The notes under the pieces were generated by a model. It made no database searches and was not told the origin of the DNA. It saw nothing but the letters and a program-made list of their open reading frames with translations. A stretch of 64,000 bases of DNA from a virus (Duplodnaviria; Heunggongvirae; Uroviricota; Caudoviricetes): the IMG/VR virus record IMGVR_UViG_3300017971_000186. One strand, written 5' to 3'. Each line of letters starts with the position of its first letter. Position 1 is the first letter of the stretch. Both the position numbers and the translations under genes were made by a program. Of the stretch, positions 19,986 to 30,441 are shown piece after piece.

Positions 19986-22900
19986 TTATGCCACTCCTAT
20001 ATATTCCTGATTAATTACAGCCCTAACCTCATTGGCAATTTTACTAGCTAGATCCTTTTCAGTAGCAGTAACATTTATCGTAATTTCCTTTGCACCTCTT
20101 CCAACTCCACCACCAGGATGAACACCCATAGGTTCATTCATAGCTGGAACTGCTTTAAATTCAGAATAAGTCTTTGGAAGAATAAGTTCTCCTGGATGTA
20201 AAACAGCACTACCAGGTGAGGTTACCTGAATAGGTTTCTGTAAACCTTGATAGCCCATTTCTTTTCTATATGCAGCTTCCATAGGATCTACATATTTAAT
20301 TGGTTTTTGTGGCATTGAAGCTAAAGTTTTTTCTGTTTTTTTAAAAATTTTTCTTGCAGCCATTCTTTTTTCTATGCCTACTGTAGATATTTTTTTAGCC
20401 TCAAAAGCTCTTTTCACATCTCCAAGAGTCAACCCCATATTTGTAGCCATTTTTTCTATTTTATTTACATCTTCTCCAGCAGTAGCTTGAATTTGATCGG
20501 CAATTGCTATTAATGATTTTTCATCACCCATCAATTTTAATTTTTGAATCTCAAAGACTTTTTTATTTATATCATTCAGCTCCACTAATTTATTTTTGAT
20601 TTCTTCCTGTTTACCTCTTTCTTGTTTATTCCTTTCCAGAGTACTTCTGTTTGCTTCAGCTAAATTTTTAAAATATTTCTCTTCATCCAATCGGCCTTTT
20701 TTACGTTCTCTTAATGCTTCAAAATTCTTTTTCTCTTCTTTTAATCTATTAGCAAGTTTTTTATCTTTATCTTTCTCAGCAGCCATTATAGCATTTGTTA
20801 ATGCTTTAGAAGGATCAGTAGATCTCATAGCATTTTCAAAAGCTCCTTGGAGCCCCTCTTCTACTGCTATAGCACTTTGTAAATCTTTAAGATTTTGAGA
20901 GACATGCTGAACCATAGCCACCTGTGTTTTTGCAGAGATATTCCCTTCTCCTACATCTTTAAGAAGATTTCCGATACCCGCATTCTGTTGACCCATCAAT
21001 TTTAACTGTTCTTGGGCTAGTTTTTGTGATTGAGATAAACGAGTAGATTCACCCTGTAACCAATAATAAATATCAGCTACAGTTTTATTCATGATAGTCG
21101 CAACTTTCCAATTAGCCATTGTCCAATAAAGTTCATCTTTTCCCATTTTGACCATTTCATTATAGGAAAGAGTCCCTTTTACAATCTCATCAAAAGTCTC
21201 TTCTGATGATTTGGCTAATTCTTTATCAGTTTTTTCTTGATTTTTAAATGTAGCAATTTGAAACTTATTTATAAATTTTGATGCCATCAAAAGACCATCA
21301 ATACTTTTTAAACTATTCTTATCACCTTTTTCAATGCGAGAAGCTATCTTATTTGCTGTCTCTTTATCGGTTTTTATAATATTTGCCCATGTCTCAGCCA
21401 TACCCTGATCCATACCAAGAGATTCCTTTAATAGATCAACAAGAATCTGTGTATTTGCAGCTTGGTCCTTTCCAGGTTTCGATGCCTCCATTATAGCATT
21501 AGCAATATTTGCTCTATTCAATTGGAAATCTTTATTATTCTCCGCAAAGAAATTTTCTGATGAATCCAATAAATTCTCTAGGCTCTTTTTAGTTACTTTA
21601 GCTTGTTCAACCAATAAGCGTACTGTTTTCTCCTTAACACCAACATTTTCCAAAGCCTTTATTGCTACAATCATTCTCTCTCTGGAAATTTTAGTTAAAT
21701 CCCCTACATTAGTCATTCTTCTTATAGTTTCAATAAGAAGTTGAGGGGCTTCCTTTGCAAGCATACCTATTTCAGTTGTCTGGGAAACTGCATTTTTACC
21801 TACAACATCAAGAGCCCTTTGTGACTTAGATTGCGCTGAAGCCAATTCAGATCTCAATCTTTTTAACTGTGCAACATCTTCAGGAGTTTTTGTTCCTTTT
21901 GCTTCCATTAATTCTATTTCAGATTGTAATCTTACAGCCTGATCCTTAAATTCAGTACTCATATTTTTGAATATATCATCCAAATTTACCCCAGCCTGTT
22001 TTGCCATACTTAACAAAGTGGCCTGAGCCTTAAGGTTCCCCGATTTAAATACTGAATACATATCTTCAGTTGCTTCTGCTGCATCATCCGCTCCACCTAC
22101 CATGTCTTCTGTAAAACGTTTCATTGTTTTACTCGCAGCCCCAATAAATGTCCCATAAAGGGCCAGAGAAGCAGAGGCATTCTCAACAGTAGTCCAGAAC
22201 CGGTCAGTGGAAAGACCTGATTTCTGAGCATCAAATGCCACCTGAACAAAAGCTTTATCAATACTTTCTAAATCCATCCTGAAATTGGTTAATAATTTAC
22301 CGACCATACTACCTACTTGTGGTAAAGCCAATCCTAATGTTTTACTGGCTTTTCCTGCAATGTAAATAGCATCTCTATATGATAAAAGTCCTTTATTCAA
22401 ATTTTGAATATTTGCACCCGCCTGAACTACCGCTTCCATCAATTCTCTTATCTGAGTGACATCCAATCCAACCCGGATATTTTCACGAGCATTAAATATC
22501 TGGTCATTAAAAGTTTTAAATTGTTTTCTGACATCAGCAGTCATGATATCAGGTCCACGAACAGAAGCAAAAGCTTTGTTAGCATCTTTTACAAACTGGT
22601 CAGCAGCCATCCCTACATCCCATACTGCTTTTAATGCCATAAAAATTGCACCAGGCCACCCAGCTATAACCTTAGTAATTCCACCAAGTGAAGCACTGAC
22701 TCCTTTTGCAGCAGAACCGAACCCTTTCATTAAACCAGGCATTTTACCAAGACTATTACCAGCCTTATTAAACATTCCTTGGTAACTCTGAATTGTAGTT
22801 TGGCCTTTTTTAGAAGCTTTATTAAAAGAAGCCCACCCCTTCATAAAAGAAGGACCAGCATCTTCCATATGATCGGCAAAACTTTTAGCTGAATTTCTAG

Positions 22901-23294
22901 CAAGATTGGTCTTACTCCTCATCTGATCAATCATCTTATTTAACTTTTTAATCTCAGCTCTCTGTTCTGCCCAGGTCCTGTCTTCTTTTTTTATTTTTTT
23001 AATATGTATTAATTGTTTGGCAATTCTTTCCAAGCCTTTATTTAAATCAGTCGCTTCTTTTGTATCCAGGGCACCCGCTACATGGAGATCACGAACTTCT
23101 TTATTCATGTCTTTAATAGTATTGACACTTTTTCCGAGTAAATTATTTAGATTGCCAAGCTCTTTGACACTCTTTTTTATGGCATCTTCGGTTAATTCAC
23201 CAAATTCTTTAGCCTCTTTTCCACTTTCTTTGAGCTTCTTCTCTAAATCCTTTATTCGATCTAATGCTTCATCTAATTTTTGCCTAAGACTCAT
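19986..23294 (-). CDS. Tape measure protein
   Basis: 1102 aa, helical Ala/Lys/Leu-rich; directly after two chaperone genes and before initiators and hub. Confidence 0.8.
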   Translation of the reverse strand: MSLRQKLDEALDRIKDLEKKLKESGKEAKEFGELTEDAIKKSVKELGNLNNLLGKSVNTIKDMNKEVRDLHVAGALDTKEATDLNKGLERIAKQLIHIKKIKKEDRTWAEQRAEIKKLNKMIDQMRSKTNLARNSAKSFADHMEDAGPSFMKGWASFNKASKKGQTTIQSYQGMFNKAGNSLGKMPGLMKGFGSAAKGVSASLGGITKVIAGWPGAIFMALKAVWDVGMAADQFVKDANKAFASVRGPDIMTADVRKQFKTFNDQIFNARENIRVGLDVTQIRELMEAVVQAGANIQNLNKGLLSYRDAIYIAGKASKTLGLALPQVGSMVGKLLTNFRMDLESIDKAFVQVAFDAQKSGLSTDRFWTTVENASASLALYGTFIGAASKTMKRFTEDMVGGADDAAEATEDMYSVFKSGNLKAQATLLSMAKQAGVNLDDIFKNMSTEFKDQAVRLQSEIELMEAKGTKTPEDVAQLKRLRSELASAQSKSQRALDVVGKNAVSQTTEIGMLAKEAPQLLIETIRRMTNVGDLTKISRERMIVAIKALENVGVKEKTVRLLVEQAKVTKKSLENLLDSSENFFAENNKDFQLNRANIANAIMEASKPGKDQAANTQILVDLLKESLGMDQGMAETWANIIKTDKETANKIASRIEKGDKNSLKSIDGLLMASKFINKFQIATFKNQEKTDKELAKSSEETFDEIVKGTLSYNEMVKMGKDELYWTMANWKVATIMNKTVADIYYWLQGESTRLSQSQKLAQEQLKLMGQQNAGIGNLLKDVGEGNISAKTQVAMVQHVSQNLKDLQSAIAVEEGLQGAFENAMRSTDPSKALTNAIMAAEKDKDKKLANRLKEEKKNFEALRERKKGRLDEEKYFKNLAEANRSTLERNKQERGKQEEIKNKLVELNDINKKVFEIQKLKLMGDEKSLIAIADQIQATAGEDVNKIEKMATNMGLTLGDVKRAFEAKKISTVGIEKRMAARKIFKKTEKTLASMPQKPIKYVDPMEAAYRKEMGYQGLQKPIQVTSPGSAVLHPGELILPKTYSEFKAVPAMNEPMGVHPGGGVGRGAKEITINVTATEKDLASKIANEVRAVINQEYIGVA

Positions 23295-23296
23295 AA

Positions 23297-24349
23297 CTAT
23301 TTCCTAGCAGTTAAAATTTTTGCTCCGACTTTTTTAAAATATCGAGCTTGTTCTTCTTTCTTCTCCATACTATCAGAGATTAATAACAGATTATTAGAAT
23401 TTTTAGCCATTAATTCTTCAGTTTCTTTCTCGGATAACACTCTTTGAGAAGACACTATTGATGGACCACCCTCTTCTTTTCTCTTCTGGCGTATCTTTTC
23501 AAGCTTTTCCTCAGCCTCTTTCGCCTGTTTATCTGCCTTTTCCCGAACTTTTCTCAGATGCTCCTCTATAAACAAATCATGCTTATCTTTTTTTCCCTCC
23601 ATCTGACGCATTAATTCTTGTACGAGTTCCTCTGCAGTATCAACCGGTGCTGCCCATCCATCAGGTTTCCATTCTTGTTTAGCAGAAGAGCCTTCCCGAG
23701 CCAGTTTATCCCGACGTTCAGAGTTTCGTTGTCTATGGGCATCATGTTTAGAACTAACTGTTCTACATCCTTTAGGATTAGATGCTGAAGCGACTAAAAT
23801 TGCCAAAGAGAAATCACGATCATAACTCTCTTCATCATCGAGCATTTTATTTATCAAGAACCAATTTTCCTGATAAGCATTAAGACCAAGTATTCCCGTA
23901 CCAGGGATACCTGTTAAACTTTCTGAGGTAGGTAAGTTATTCTGGGTTAATTTCCACATTCTTCTTGAATGACTGGTGTAAGAAAATCCTTCCAGAAAAT
24001 CTACTGCTTCTTCAGCATTAACTCTTAATACCTTTAATTCTTCAGTTATTTTTGTATAAAGCAGATTTGGAAGATCATTTAAAAAATTATAGATATCCTT
24101 TATTTTTTTAGATCTATCTTGAAGAACATTTTCACCGTCGATTAAAAAAAGACTGAAAACTAAATAATACATATTAAATCGAGAGATGTAATTTTTATCA
24201 TTCACACCAGCATAAAGTTTAATTAAATCATATTCTTTTTCATTAACTGTTTTTAATACAATATTCTTACCTGCAATATCACAGGCTATTGTAAGAAAAC
24301 CTTTAGAGATTAAATCTGATAAACTCTGATACGCTTCTTTTTTAAACAT
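23297..24349 (-). CDS. Tail assembly chaperone (second)
   Basis: 350 aa immediately upstream of TMP; TAATG coupling with previous gene. Confidence 0.6.
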   Translation of the reverse strand: MFKKEAYQSLSDLISKGFLTIACDIAGKNIVLKTVNEKEYDLIKLYAGVNDKNYISRFNMYYLVFSLFLIDGENVLQDRSKKIKDIYNFLNDLPNLLYTKITEELKVLRVNAEEAVDFLEGFSYTSHSRRMWKLTQNNLPTSESLTGIPGTGILGLNAYQENWFLINKMLDDEESYDRDFSLAILVASASNPKGCRTVSSKHDAHRQRNSERRDKLAREGSSAKQEWKPDGWAAPVDTAEELVQELMRQMEGKKDKHDLFIEEHLRKVREKADKQAKEAEEKLEKIRQKRKEEGGPSIVSSQRVLSEKETEELMAKNSNNLLLISDSMEKKEEQARYFKKVGAKILTARK

Positions 24350-24918
24350 TATTTCTCTTCTGTAGCTTGAGTCATCCGCATTTGAGCTTCTTCAGCCTCT
24401 TTTTCTACTCTTTTATTTAATCTTTCTACATGAGTCAATCCTTCAGAAGTACCTTCTTCTATTTTCTGAAAATTTTCCTTTACCTCTTCTTCAACCTCTT
24501 CAGACAATTCAACTCTTTCGAACTTCACATTACTTTGTATTTTTTGTTGAAGACCCTTAACCATATTAGAATAAGCCTCAAAAAGAGTCTCAATTAAAGG
24601 AGAAGGAAATTGGTTCAAGTATCCTTGCATAAAAAGGAAATGGGATTTTACCTTTTCTTTGCCATCATCATCCATATACTTCACTTCATCATGAATTTCA
24701 ATACCATTGATATTTTTTAAAGCACATGCCAGAGTATGTCTCTTTAAAGCTTCAATATATTGAGCCCCGTCAAGGTCCTGAATCGATTCCATTATAATCA
24801 TTTCTTCCATTGAAGTAACAGGTTCGACTTCGAAATGAAGTTTCTCCTTTTCAAAATCAATAAATTTACGTGGGGAAAATTTTTTCTTGATATCTTTAAA
24901 AATCTCTTTTAAATCCAT
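24349..24918 (-). CDS. Tail assembly chaperone (first)
   Basis: 189 aa acidic protein between tube and TMP genes; LACALKNING-type motif. Confidence 0.6.
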   Translation of the reverse strand: MDLKEIFKDIKKKFSPRKFIDFEKEKLHFEVEPVTSMEEMIIMESIQDLDGAQYIEALKRHTLACALKNINGIEIHDEVKYMDDDGKEKVKSHFLFMQGYLNQFPSPLIETLFEAYSNMVKGLQQKIQSNVKFERVELSEEVEEEVKENFQKIEEGTSEGLTHVERLNKRVEKEAEEAQMRMTQATEEK

Positions 24919-25052
24919 AATACCTTCTCCTTACTTACATTTTATTTAGATCTTTATTATTTACAAAAACTAAAATGATACAATAAGCGAGAATATATCC
25001 TGAAGGAAAATCAGAAGAATTTTTGGAGTTTGTTATCTTATTTATATTTATC

Positions 25053-25087
25053 TAAATCTTATTTATTATGTAAATCTTATTTATTAT
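25053..25087 (-). repeat. Two 17-bp direct repeats (ATAATAAATAAGATTTA) in AT-rich intergenic DNA
   Basis: taaatcttatttattat at 25053 and 25071; exact TATAAATA on the minus strand at 25039..25046. Confidence 0.7.
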
Positions 25088-25091
25088 ATAG

Positions 25092-25121
25092 ACCGGGTTT
25101 CTCTTTTCAGAAAAACCCGGT
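25092..25121 (-). other. 13-bp stem with GAAA tetraloop after tail tube gene (terminator or mRNA stabiliser)
   Basis: ACCGGGTTTTTCT-GAAA-AGAGAAACCCGGT; no following U-tract. Confidence 0.6.
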
Positions 25122-25151
25122 TTTATCCTTTAGGAATATTTTCAGCTATAA

Positions 25152-25832
25152 TTAAGTTGTAACAATATCAAATCGTTTCGACTTAGCTGGATCTGTATCC
25201 AGTACTGAATAAGGTTCAATCTCATCACTCTTCCATGGGAACTCACCTGCATCAGCAAGAATATCAGACACATTAAGTGTCACAGTTTCTTGTACTAGAG
25301 CTGCATCAGAAGCGTATGATACTGAATAATCGGAAATCCAACATGCTTCATAGAAAGTCAATAAAGCAAATTCATTGTATTCACCTTTCTCATCAGTAGA
25401 TACTACCGCTGGTGTCTCTAAATACTCCGTACTACCACCAACACTCCTCGTAGCCAGTGCACTAAAGACCACCTCTTGACGGATATCAAAAGGCCATCTG
25501 TGATGTTTCAATGATCGACAGATACCATCCATACCAGCTTTATAACCAAATATCTGATAGATATTCGATAGATACAAAGCAGTTCTGGTTACCGATATTG
25601 TCATCGGATCTGTGACACTAGGCACTAGTTCGGCTACTTGGTCTCCAAAACCGATTCCACGAACAGGTTCTATTGTTCGAGCCTCCGAAGGATCAAAAGT
25701 TGCAACTACGCCTAGTTGTACCAATTGAGCCTGAGGGTTATACGCGAATATTCGATTTTTCGAACTTATAACCGAGAGGGTATTAGGCGTTACACCTTTA
25801 CGAAAGATATAGCTATCATTATCTCTAGCCAT
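25152..25832 (-). CDS. Tail tube protein (gp19-like)
   Basis: 226 aa; VRGIG.GD...ELVP...PMTISVTRTALY, FYEACWISDYSVSY...VQETVTLNV; downstream of sheath. Confidence 0.8.
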   Translation of the reverse strand: MARDNDSYIFRKGVTPNTLSVISSKNRIFAYNPQAQLVQLGVVATFDPSEARTIEPVRGIGFGDQVAELVPSVTDPMTISVTRTALYLSNIYQIFGYKAGMDGICRSLKHHRWPFDIRQEVVFSALATRSVGGSTEYLETPAVVSTDEKGEYNEFALLTFYEACWISDYSVSYASDAALVQETVTLNVSDILADAGEFPWKSDEIEPYSVLDTDPAKSKRFDIVTT

Positions 25833-25867
25833 TTTAAAACCCCCTTAGAGTTTATTTTCTACAAAGT

Positions 25868-27004
25868 TTATTTAAAAAGTTGACTTAAGCGTTCTTCTTC
25901 AGCTTTACTTAAATCTCCTATGTCATCACTTGTAATCAGACCTGCTTGTAATTCAATCCCATCAAATTGGGAAGAGGCATTTAAGATGTCTGTATCAACT
26001 TTTGTGGCTTCTTTTTCTTCTTTTTCTTCTTTTTTAGTACCACAAGAAGAAGCATTCTTTTCCACCTCTTCAACAACTTCTTCAGTTACTTCCTCTTTAG
26101 CAGGAGCTTTTTTAGCCTCTTTTTCCTCAGGTTTTTCTTCAGCTACTTTTTTCTCTGTAGCTGATTTTTCTTCTTCCTCAGGTTTCTCTTCAGCAGGAGT
26201 TTCTTTAGCTTCTACTTCTTTTTCCTCAGGTTTTTCTTCAGCAGGAGCTTCTTTAGCTTCTACTTCTTTTTCCTCAGGTTTTTCTTCAGCAGGAGCTTCT
26301 TTGGCCTCTTTCTCCTCTTTTTCTTCTTTATCATCACAAGCATCAGAAACTTCAGCGATAAGAGATTTTCTCACAGCATCAGTAGCTTCCTTATTCCAAA
26401 AATCCTTTATCTCAGCTTCCTTTTTCTTTTCAGAATATGGGCACTCTGGACTATCTTTCATGGGACCGGTCCCATCCGGAACTCCTGGACCTTTTACCTT
26501 TCCAGCTTCTTTTTCAACCGGTACTTCTTCTTCAGCTTTTTTCATTTCAGAAATCTTTTTCTTACAAGCTAAACAATAACCGGTTTTTTCCATGACATTA
26601 CCACCACACTTGGGGCATTTAACCATTTTTTCCTTCGATTCTACCAGTCTATTTTTAAGTTCTTCTTCACTCATTTTCGCAACGGCATAAGCCATCGTTC
26701 TGAGATCTTTAGCTATAGGATCGCTCTCGTTAAAGGTTTGAGAGAGCACATCCAAACTTGCTATAATAGTTTTACGTTCCATCGATGACGCCTCCCTAAT
26801 TGGTCGGTTTGGATAAAAATCGGAGTTATGTCTTTGATCACCATAGGCTTTATTTGAATCCGCCTTCGCATTTTCATAAAAACTATTGTCTAGGATTTCT
26901 TCCGGACGAAAATAGATATGACGTTCAGGTGGATATACCGTCGGATCAATTAAAAACTCCAAAATGTTATTTGCAACTTTAGTTTTCATTTCTTGTATAT
27001 TCAT
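25868..27004 (-). CDS. Acidic Lys/Glu/Ala-rich low-complexity protein with Zn ribbon and tandem repeats (possible internal virion protein)
   Basis: 378 aa; CPKCGG...CLAC; many KEA/KKA motifs; between sheath and tube genes. Confidence 0.8.
   Translation of the reverse strand: MNIQEMKTKVANNILEFLIDPTVYPPERHIYFRPEEILDNSFYENAKADSNKAYGDQRHNSDFYPNRPIREASSMERKTIIASLDVLSQTFNESDPIAKDLRTMAYAVAKMSEEELKNRLVESKEKMVKCPKCGGNVMEKTGYCLACKKKISEMKKAEEEVPVEKEAGKVKGPGVPDGTGPMKDSPECPYSEKKKEAEIKDFWNKEATDAVRKSLIAEVSDACDDKEEKEEKEAKEAPAEEKPEEKEVEAKEAPAEEKPEEKEVEAKETPAEEKPEEEEKSATEKKVAEEKPEEKEAKKAPAKEEVTEEVVEEVEKNASSCGTKKEEKEEKEATKVDTDILNASSQFDGIELQAGLITSDDIGDLSKAEEERLSQLFK
26174..26302 (-). repeat. About 2.7 copies of a 48-bp coding repeat (KEAPAEEKPEEKEVEA)
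   Basis: Near-identical units at 26255..26302 and 26207..26254, partial unit at 26174..26206. Confidence 0.9.
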
Positions 27005-27024
27005 TTGATTATTTCCTGTTTAAG

Positions 27025-27044
27025 GGGGACTCCGAAAAGTCCCC
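27025..27044 (-). other. UUCG-tetraloop hairpin after sheath gene
   Basis: GGGGACTT-TTCG-GAGTCCCC on minus strand; no U-tract. Confidence 0.6.
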
Positions 27045-27062
27045 TAATACCTCGTTAAACCC

Positions 27063-29864
27063 TTATATATTAGAACGAAGATTAAAAGTAATCACAATCC
27101 ATAACAACGGAAATACTGGGCTATAAAAAGCTTCCACATTAATAATCGTCGGATCATTCGGATCCAGTTCAGCCTTTACACCTGTCCAACCAGTAATAAT
27201 ATTAGCTTGCTGTAAGGCAGCTAGATAAGACTTAAGAGTCTGCTCTATTTCTGCTCTACGTTGAACTAATAGCTTGGAACCAATATAAGGCTGTAATACC
27301 GAACGAGCCCCTCTCTGAACAAATTGCTTTATTCTAATAACTGAAGGAGTTCTCGTTAATACCGATGATATATCAGTTGTCAAAGCAAATCTAACCTCAA
27401 TACCTGCAGCTAACTCTTCAAGAAGAGTTATACCAGCATTTGCCGTTTGTGCAGCAGTTACCGAATCCATTCTACGGAATAAACGACGGAATCCTACAAT
27501 AGGTTTTCTTGTCAATGGTTCTGCTACATCGAAAGCAGGTGAAGTATCTCTTCCAGCAATCGCTGCTGCCATATAAGCTCCATCTACCAAATATTCAGTC
27601 TCATTACCTAATTCATCCGTGATAGTTGTCACAGCACCATCAGGATAAACAGCTACCATCAACTCATTATTCATTGATCGAGCAAAAGTCTGAGCACTCG
27701 TTGGTAACGTATTTGTCGGGAAACCAAAATAAGAGAAACGTTCATTCGCATAACGTATACCAGATTGAATGGTATTTGAAGTTCTCAAATAATTGATAAC
27801 CGCAGATGAAGTTGTTACTGGTTGCATAAGAGCTGGTCTTGTACCACCTTCCATGGGCTCATTGAAATAATCAATACCCGCAATATACCTTGAATCAGGG
27901 GCATCATCAGCACCGGATGTCTTCTCTATCTGTAGTAAGGCAATTAAACTTGAACCGTTCAAAAAAGCAAGATGAGCGGCCATTCCAAGATTATTTGTTA
28001 TAGATAAAGGACCTGTATCAGCTATTACATTTTTCTCCTGACTGTATAATTTAGCTCCACCTATGAGAATACCATCAGAATCAAATTGTACAGCTTCAGT
28101 AAAAGAGACATAATAGAAATCTCCAACATTCGGTTCTTGTCCTGATAAATTATACGTTTTTACTAAACCTGTATCTCCTACCACTACATCAGTAGTATTA
28201 GATACTCTTACACGAACACCTGGTATTGCTCTTGTTGGTGTCGTAGAAGTGACAAAATCAGGATTAACAGTATAACCTAATTTATCACCCGCCTGATATA
28301 TAACTAATGTACCCTCATTAACAGTAATACGGAAACCCGTTACACTGTCAATGTAAGTTTGATTTAAATATCCTGTATTATCGCCACCTGAACCAGAACC
28401 AGTACTTGTCTGGTCTGAACTTACAGTATAAGTGGTAGCATCGGCAAAAGTTAAAGATACCGTTTCTTGAACAGCAAATCCAGGCGACACTTGAGCATCA
28501 CTGTTACCTGCACCGGTACCATTCGGATAAGTCACATTCTCAGAAGAGAAATCTGGATCAGCAACTGTTGTATCAGTTGTTGACCACTGAACGTCCATAG
28601 CCGTACCAGCATTAGTACCCTCAACATCATAAACTCCAATACCTGTAGCACCGGAAGTCTTATCAGTTAAAGTCCAAGTATCATCAGGAAGTAAATTGCT
28701 ATATTGAGTGATATAGACATTATTTCCTGCTGGAGGAGCAGATGCCAAAACAGCCGTTCTTGAAGAAGCTGTTAATTGAATTACATCTATAACTGTAGCA
28801 TCTGTTGGATTAGTACCATAATAAGCTGTAACAAGATCGGGATCATCAGTATCAATACCACGACCTTCACCACTCTTCGGAGTAGCTTCCATCACAAAAT
28901 TTGCATTAGTACCATCAACAGTACCTGTCATAGCTCTACGAAATGTCCGATTATCAAACAGAGTAGTAGTGATTTGTGTATCATCAAAAGCTTCACCACC
29001 TGTTGTTGTTGTACCGGCACTAACTTTTACTGAATGGCCCCAGTTTATTGTACTAAAATTCCCTGTTGTATCAAGAACATAGTCTGTCTCATCAATAAAA
29101 TCAGATGTACCTGGGCTATAACCTACCTGTGTTACTTCTGTAACATAAGGTGAAGGTAAGATATCTGCCGTATCTTGCCATTCATTAGAATAATAAGTTA
29201 CTTTCACTGTCTGACCAACCGATGGTGCAGAAGCTAGAGTAATTTGACCTGAATCTCCATCCACTGCAGAAACAGTAACCGCTGAATTGTTTACTAAAAC
29301 TGTAACATGAGAAGTAGTTGTTGTAGTTGTACCACTACCATCACCTGTTACAATCGGAGTATAATGTGTTTGAAAAACAGTACGTGTACCATCAACCTGA
29401 TCACTGAGATCTTCCAATGTATGTAATGTATCATTACGTTTGAAATAATAAGTGATAAGCACTGTACTTCCTGTTGGTGGGATACCTACTAGATAAATCC
29501 AACCATTCTCTCCGTCAACTGATGAGACTGCAACTGCTTCTCCATCAACCTCAACCGTTACATCGTTTGGATCTGTCGTAGTGGTACCATTACCATCCCC
29601 TTTTACAATAGGATAGTAAGAGACTCTAAAATTACGGTTACTACCTGTTACCTGACTGGAAACATTTTCCCTAACTATTTTATTATCGGCCAATGCACTT
29701 GAACCGCGAATCATTTCATAGTTATTAACAGGAACATTTTCATCAGCTACTCCAATAAAAGCAGGAATGCGGATATCTCCAGACGCAGTTACGGTAGGCG
29801 CTTCATTCAATGTTTTCGTATACACATCAGGAAACGAAAACGAATCAAAAGGGCCAAGTCCCAT
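27063..29864 (-). CDS. Contractile tail sheath protein with inserted beta-rich/Ig-like domains
   Basis: 933 aa; N-terminal FPDVY..T; C-terminal NERFSYFG, AAAIAGRD, YSPVFPLLWIVITF sheath core. Confidence 0.9.
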   Translation of the reverse strand: MGLGPFDSFSFPDVYTKTLNEAPTVTASGDIRIPAFIGVADENVPVNNYEMIRGSSALADNKIVRENVSSQVTGSNRNFRVSYYPIVKGDGNGTTTTDPNDVTVEVDGEAVAVSSVDGENGWIYLVGIPPTGSTVLITYYFKRNDTLHTLEDLSDQVDGTRTVFQTHYTPIVTGDGSGTTTTTTSHVTVLVNNSAVTVSAVDGDSGQITLASAPSVGQTVKVTYYSNEWQDTADILPSPYVTEVTQVGYSPGTSDFIDETDYVLDTTGNFSTINWGHSVKVSAGTTTTGGEAFDDTQITTTLFDNRTFRRAMTGTVDGTNANFVMEATPKSGEGRGIDTDDPDLVTAYYGTNPTDATVIDVIQLTASSRTAVLASAPPAGNNVYITQYSNLLPDDTWTLTDKTSGATGIGVYDVEGTNAGTAMDVQWSTTDTTVADPDFSSENVTYPNGTGAGNSDAQVSPGFAVQETVSLTFADATTYTVSSDQTSTGSGSGGDNTGYLNQTYIDSVTGFRITVNEGTLVIYQAGDKLGYTVNPDFVTSTTPTRAIPGVRVRVSNTTDVVVGDTGLVKTYNLSGQEPNVGDFYYVSFTEAVQFDSDGILIGGAKLYSQEKNVIADTGPLSITNNLGMAAHLAFLNGSSLIALLQIEKTSGADDAPDSRYIAGIDYFNEPMEGGTRPALMQPVTTSSAVINYLRTSNTIQSGIRYANERFSYFGFPTNTLPTSAQTFARSMNNELMVAVYPDGAVTTITDELGNETEYLVDGAYMAAAIAGRDTSPAFDVAEPLTRKPIVGFRRLFRRMDSVTAAQTANAGITLLEELAAGIEVRFALTTDISSVLTRTPSVIRIKQFVQRGARSVLQPYIGSKLLVQRRAEIEQTLKSYLAALQQANIITGWTGVKAELDPNDPTIINVEAFYSPVFPLLWIVITFNLRSNI

Positions 29865-29976
29865 AGTTAACCTCCTACATATTTTTGTTTTTACAATTTT
29901 AATTAAATTTTTTTATCTCTTATCTTATTTGGATTTAATAAAATTTTATTTGATATATTATTTATTATTTAAGAGG

Positions 29977-30396
29977 TTAAAATGAGCCAGTTTCACTAAA
30001 TTGAGACTGACCACGTTTTTCTCTATCCTGCCTATGTTGTTGCAGGGACTCAGAATACTTATTTCTATTTTCAATTGTCTTTTCACTTCCTAAAGCCATC
30101 ACAGGTCTATACTGACCACCTTTTTTTGATAACTTTACTTCTTTTAACTCTTTACCAGCACGCCTCTTTTCCTGGCGATTATGGTATAATTCCCATCTTT
30201 TATCTGCCTCCCGACCGATTTTAACATCAACCGATTCATTGGAACTTCCCTGAACTACTGATGAAAATGAACTCATCTTTCTTTCAGCTTCAGCTCCACA
30301 TCTCCTACATTTTATTAAAAGACTACCTTCCTTATTCAGGATGAGTTCTTCAAATTCAAATTCACATTTTTTACACTTATATTCATAAAGAGGCAT
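29977..30396 (-). CDS. FmdB-family zinc-ribbon protein with helical C-terminus
   Basis: MPLYEYKCKKCEFEFEEL...CRRCG..AERKMS signature. Confidence 0.8.
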   Translation of the reverse strand: MPLYEYKCKKCEFEFEELILNKEGSLLIKCRRCGAEAERKMSSFSSVVQGSSNESVDVKIGREADKRWELYHNRQEKRRAGKELKEVKLSKKGGQYRPVMALGSEKTIENRNKYSESLQQHRQDREKRGQSQFSETGSF

Positions 30397-30441
30397 TATA
30401 AACTCCTAACAATATGTATCAATTATTAAAAGATAATTAAA

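Noticed and set aside
24340-24360. Programmed G/GT frameshift between the tail chaperones
   Set aside because: The second gene has its own ATG coupled by TAATG and there is no canonical slippery heptamer before the first stop
25920-26579. 219-aa plus-strand ORF
   Set aside because: Antisense shadow of the low-complexity K/E/A repeat protein (S/F-rich mirror sequence)
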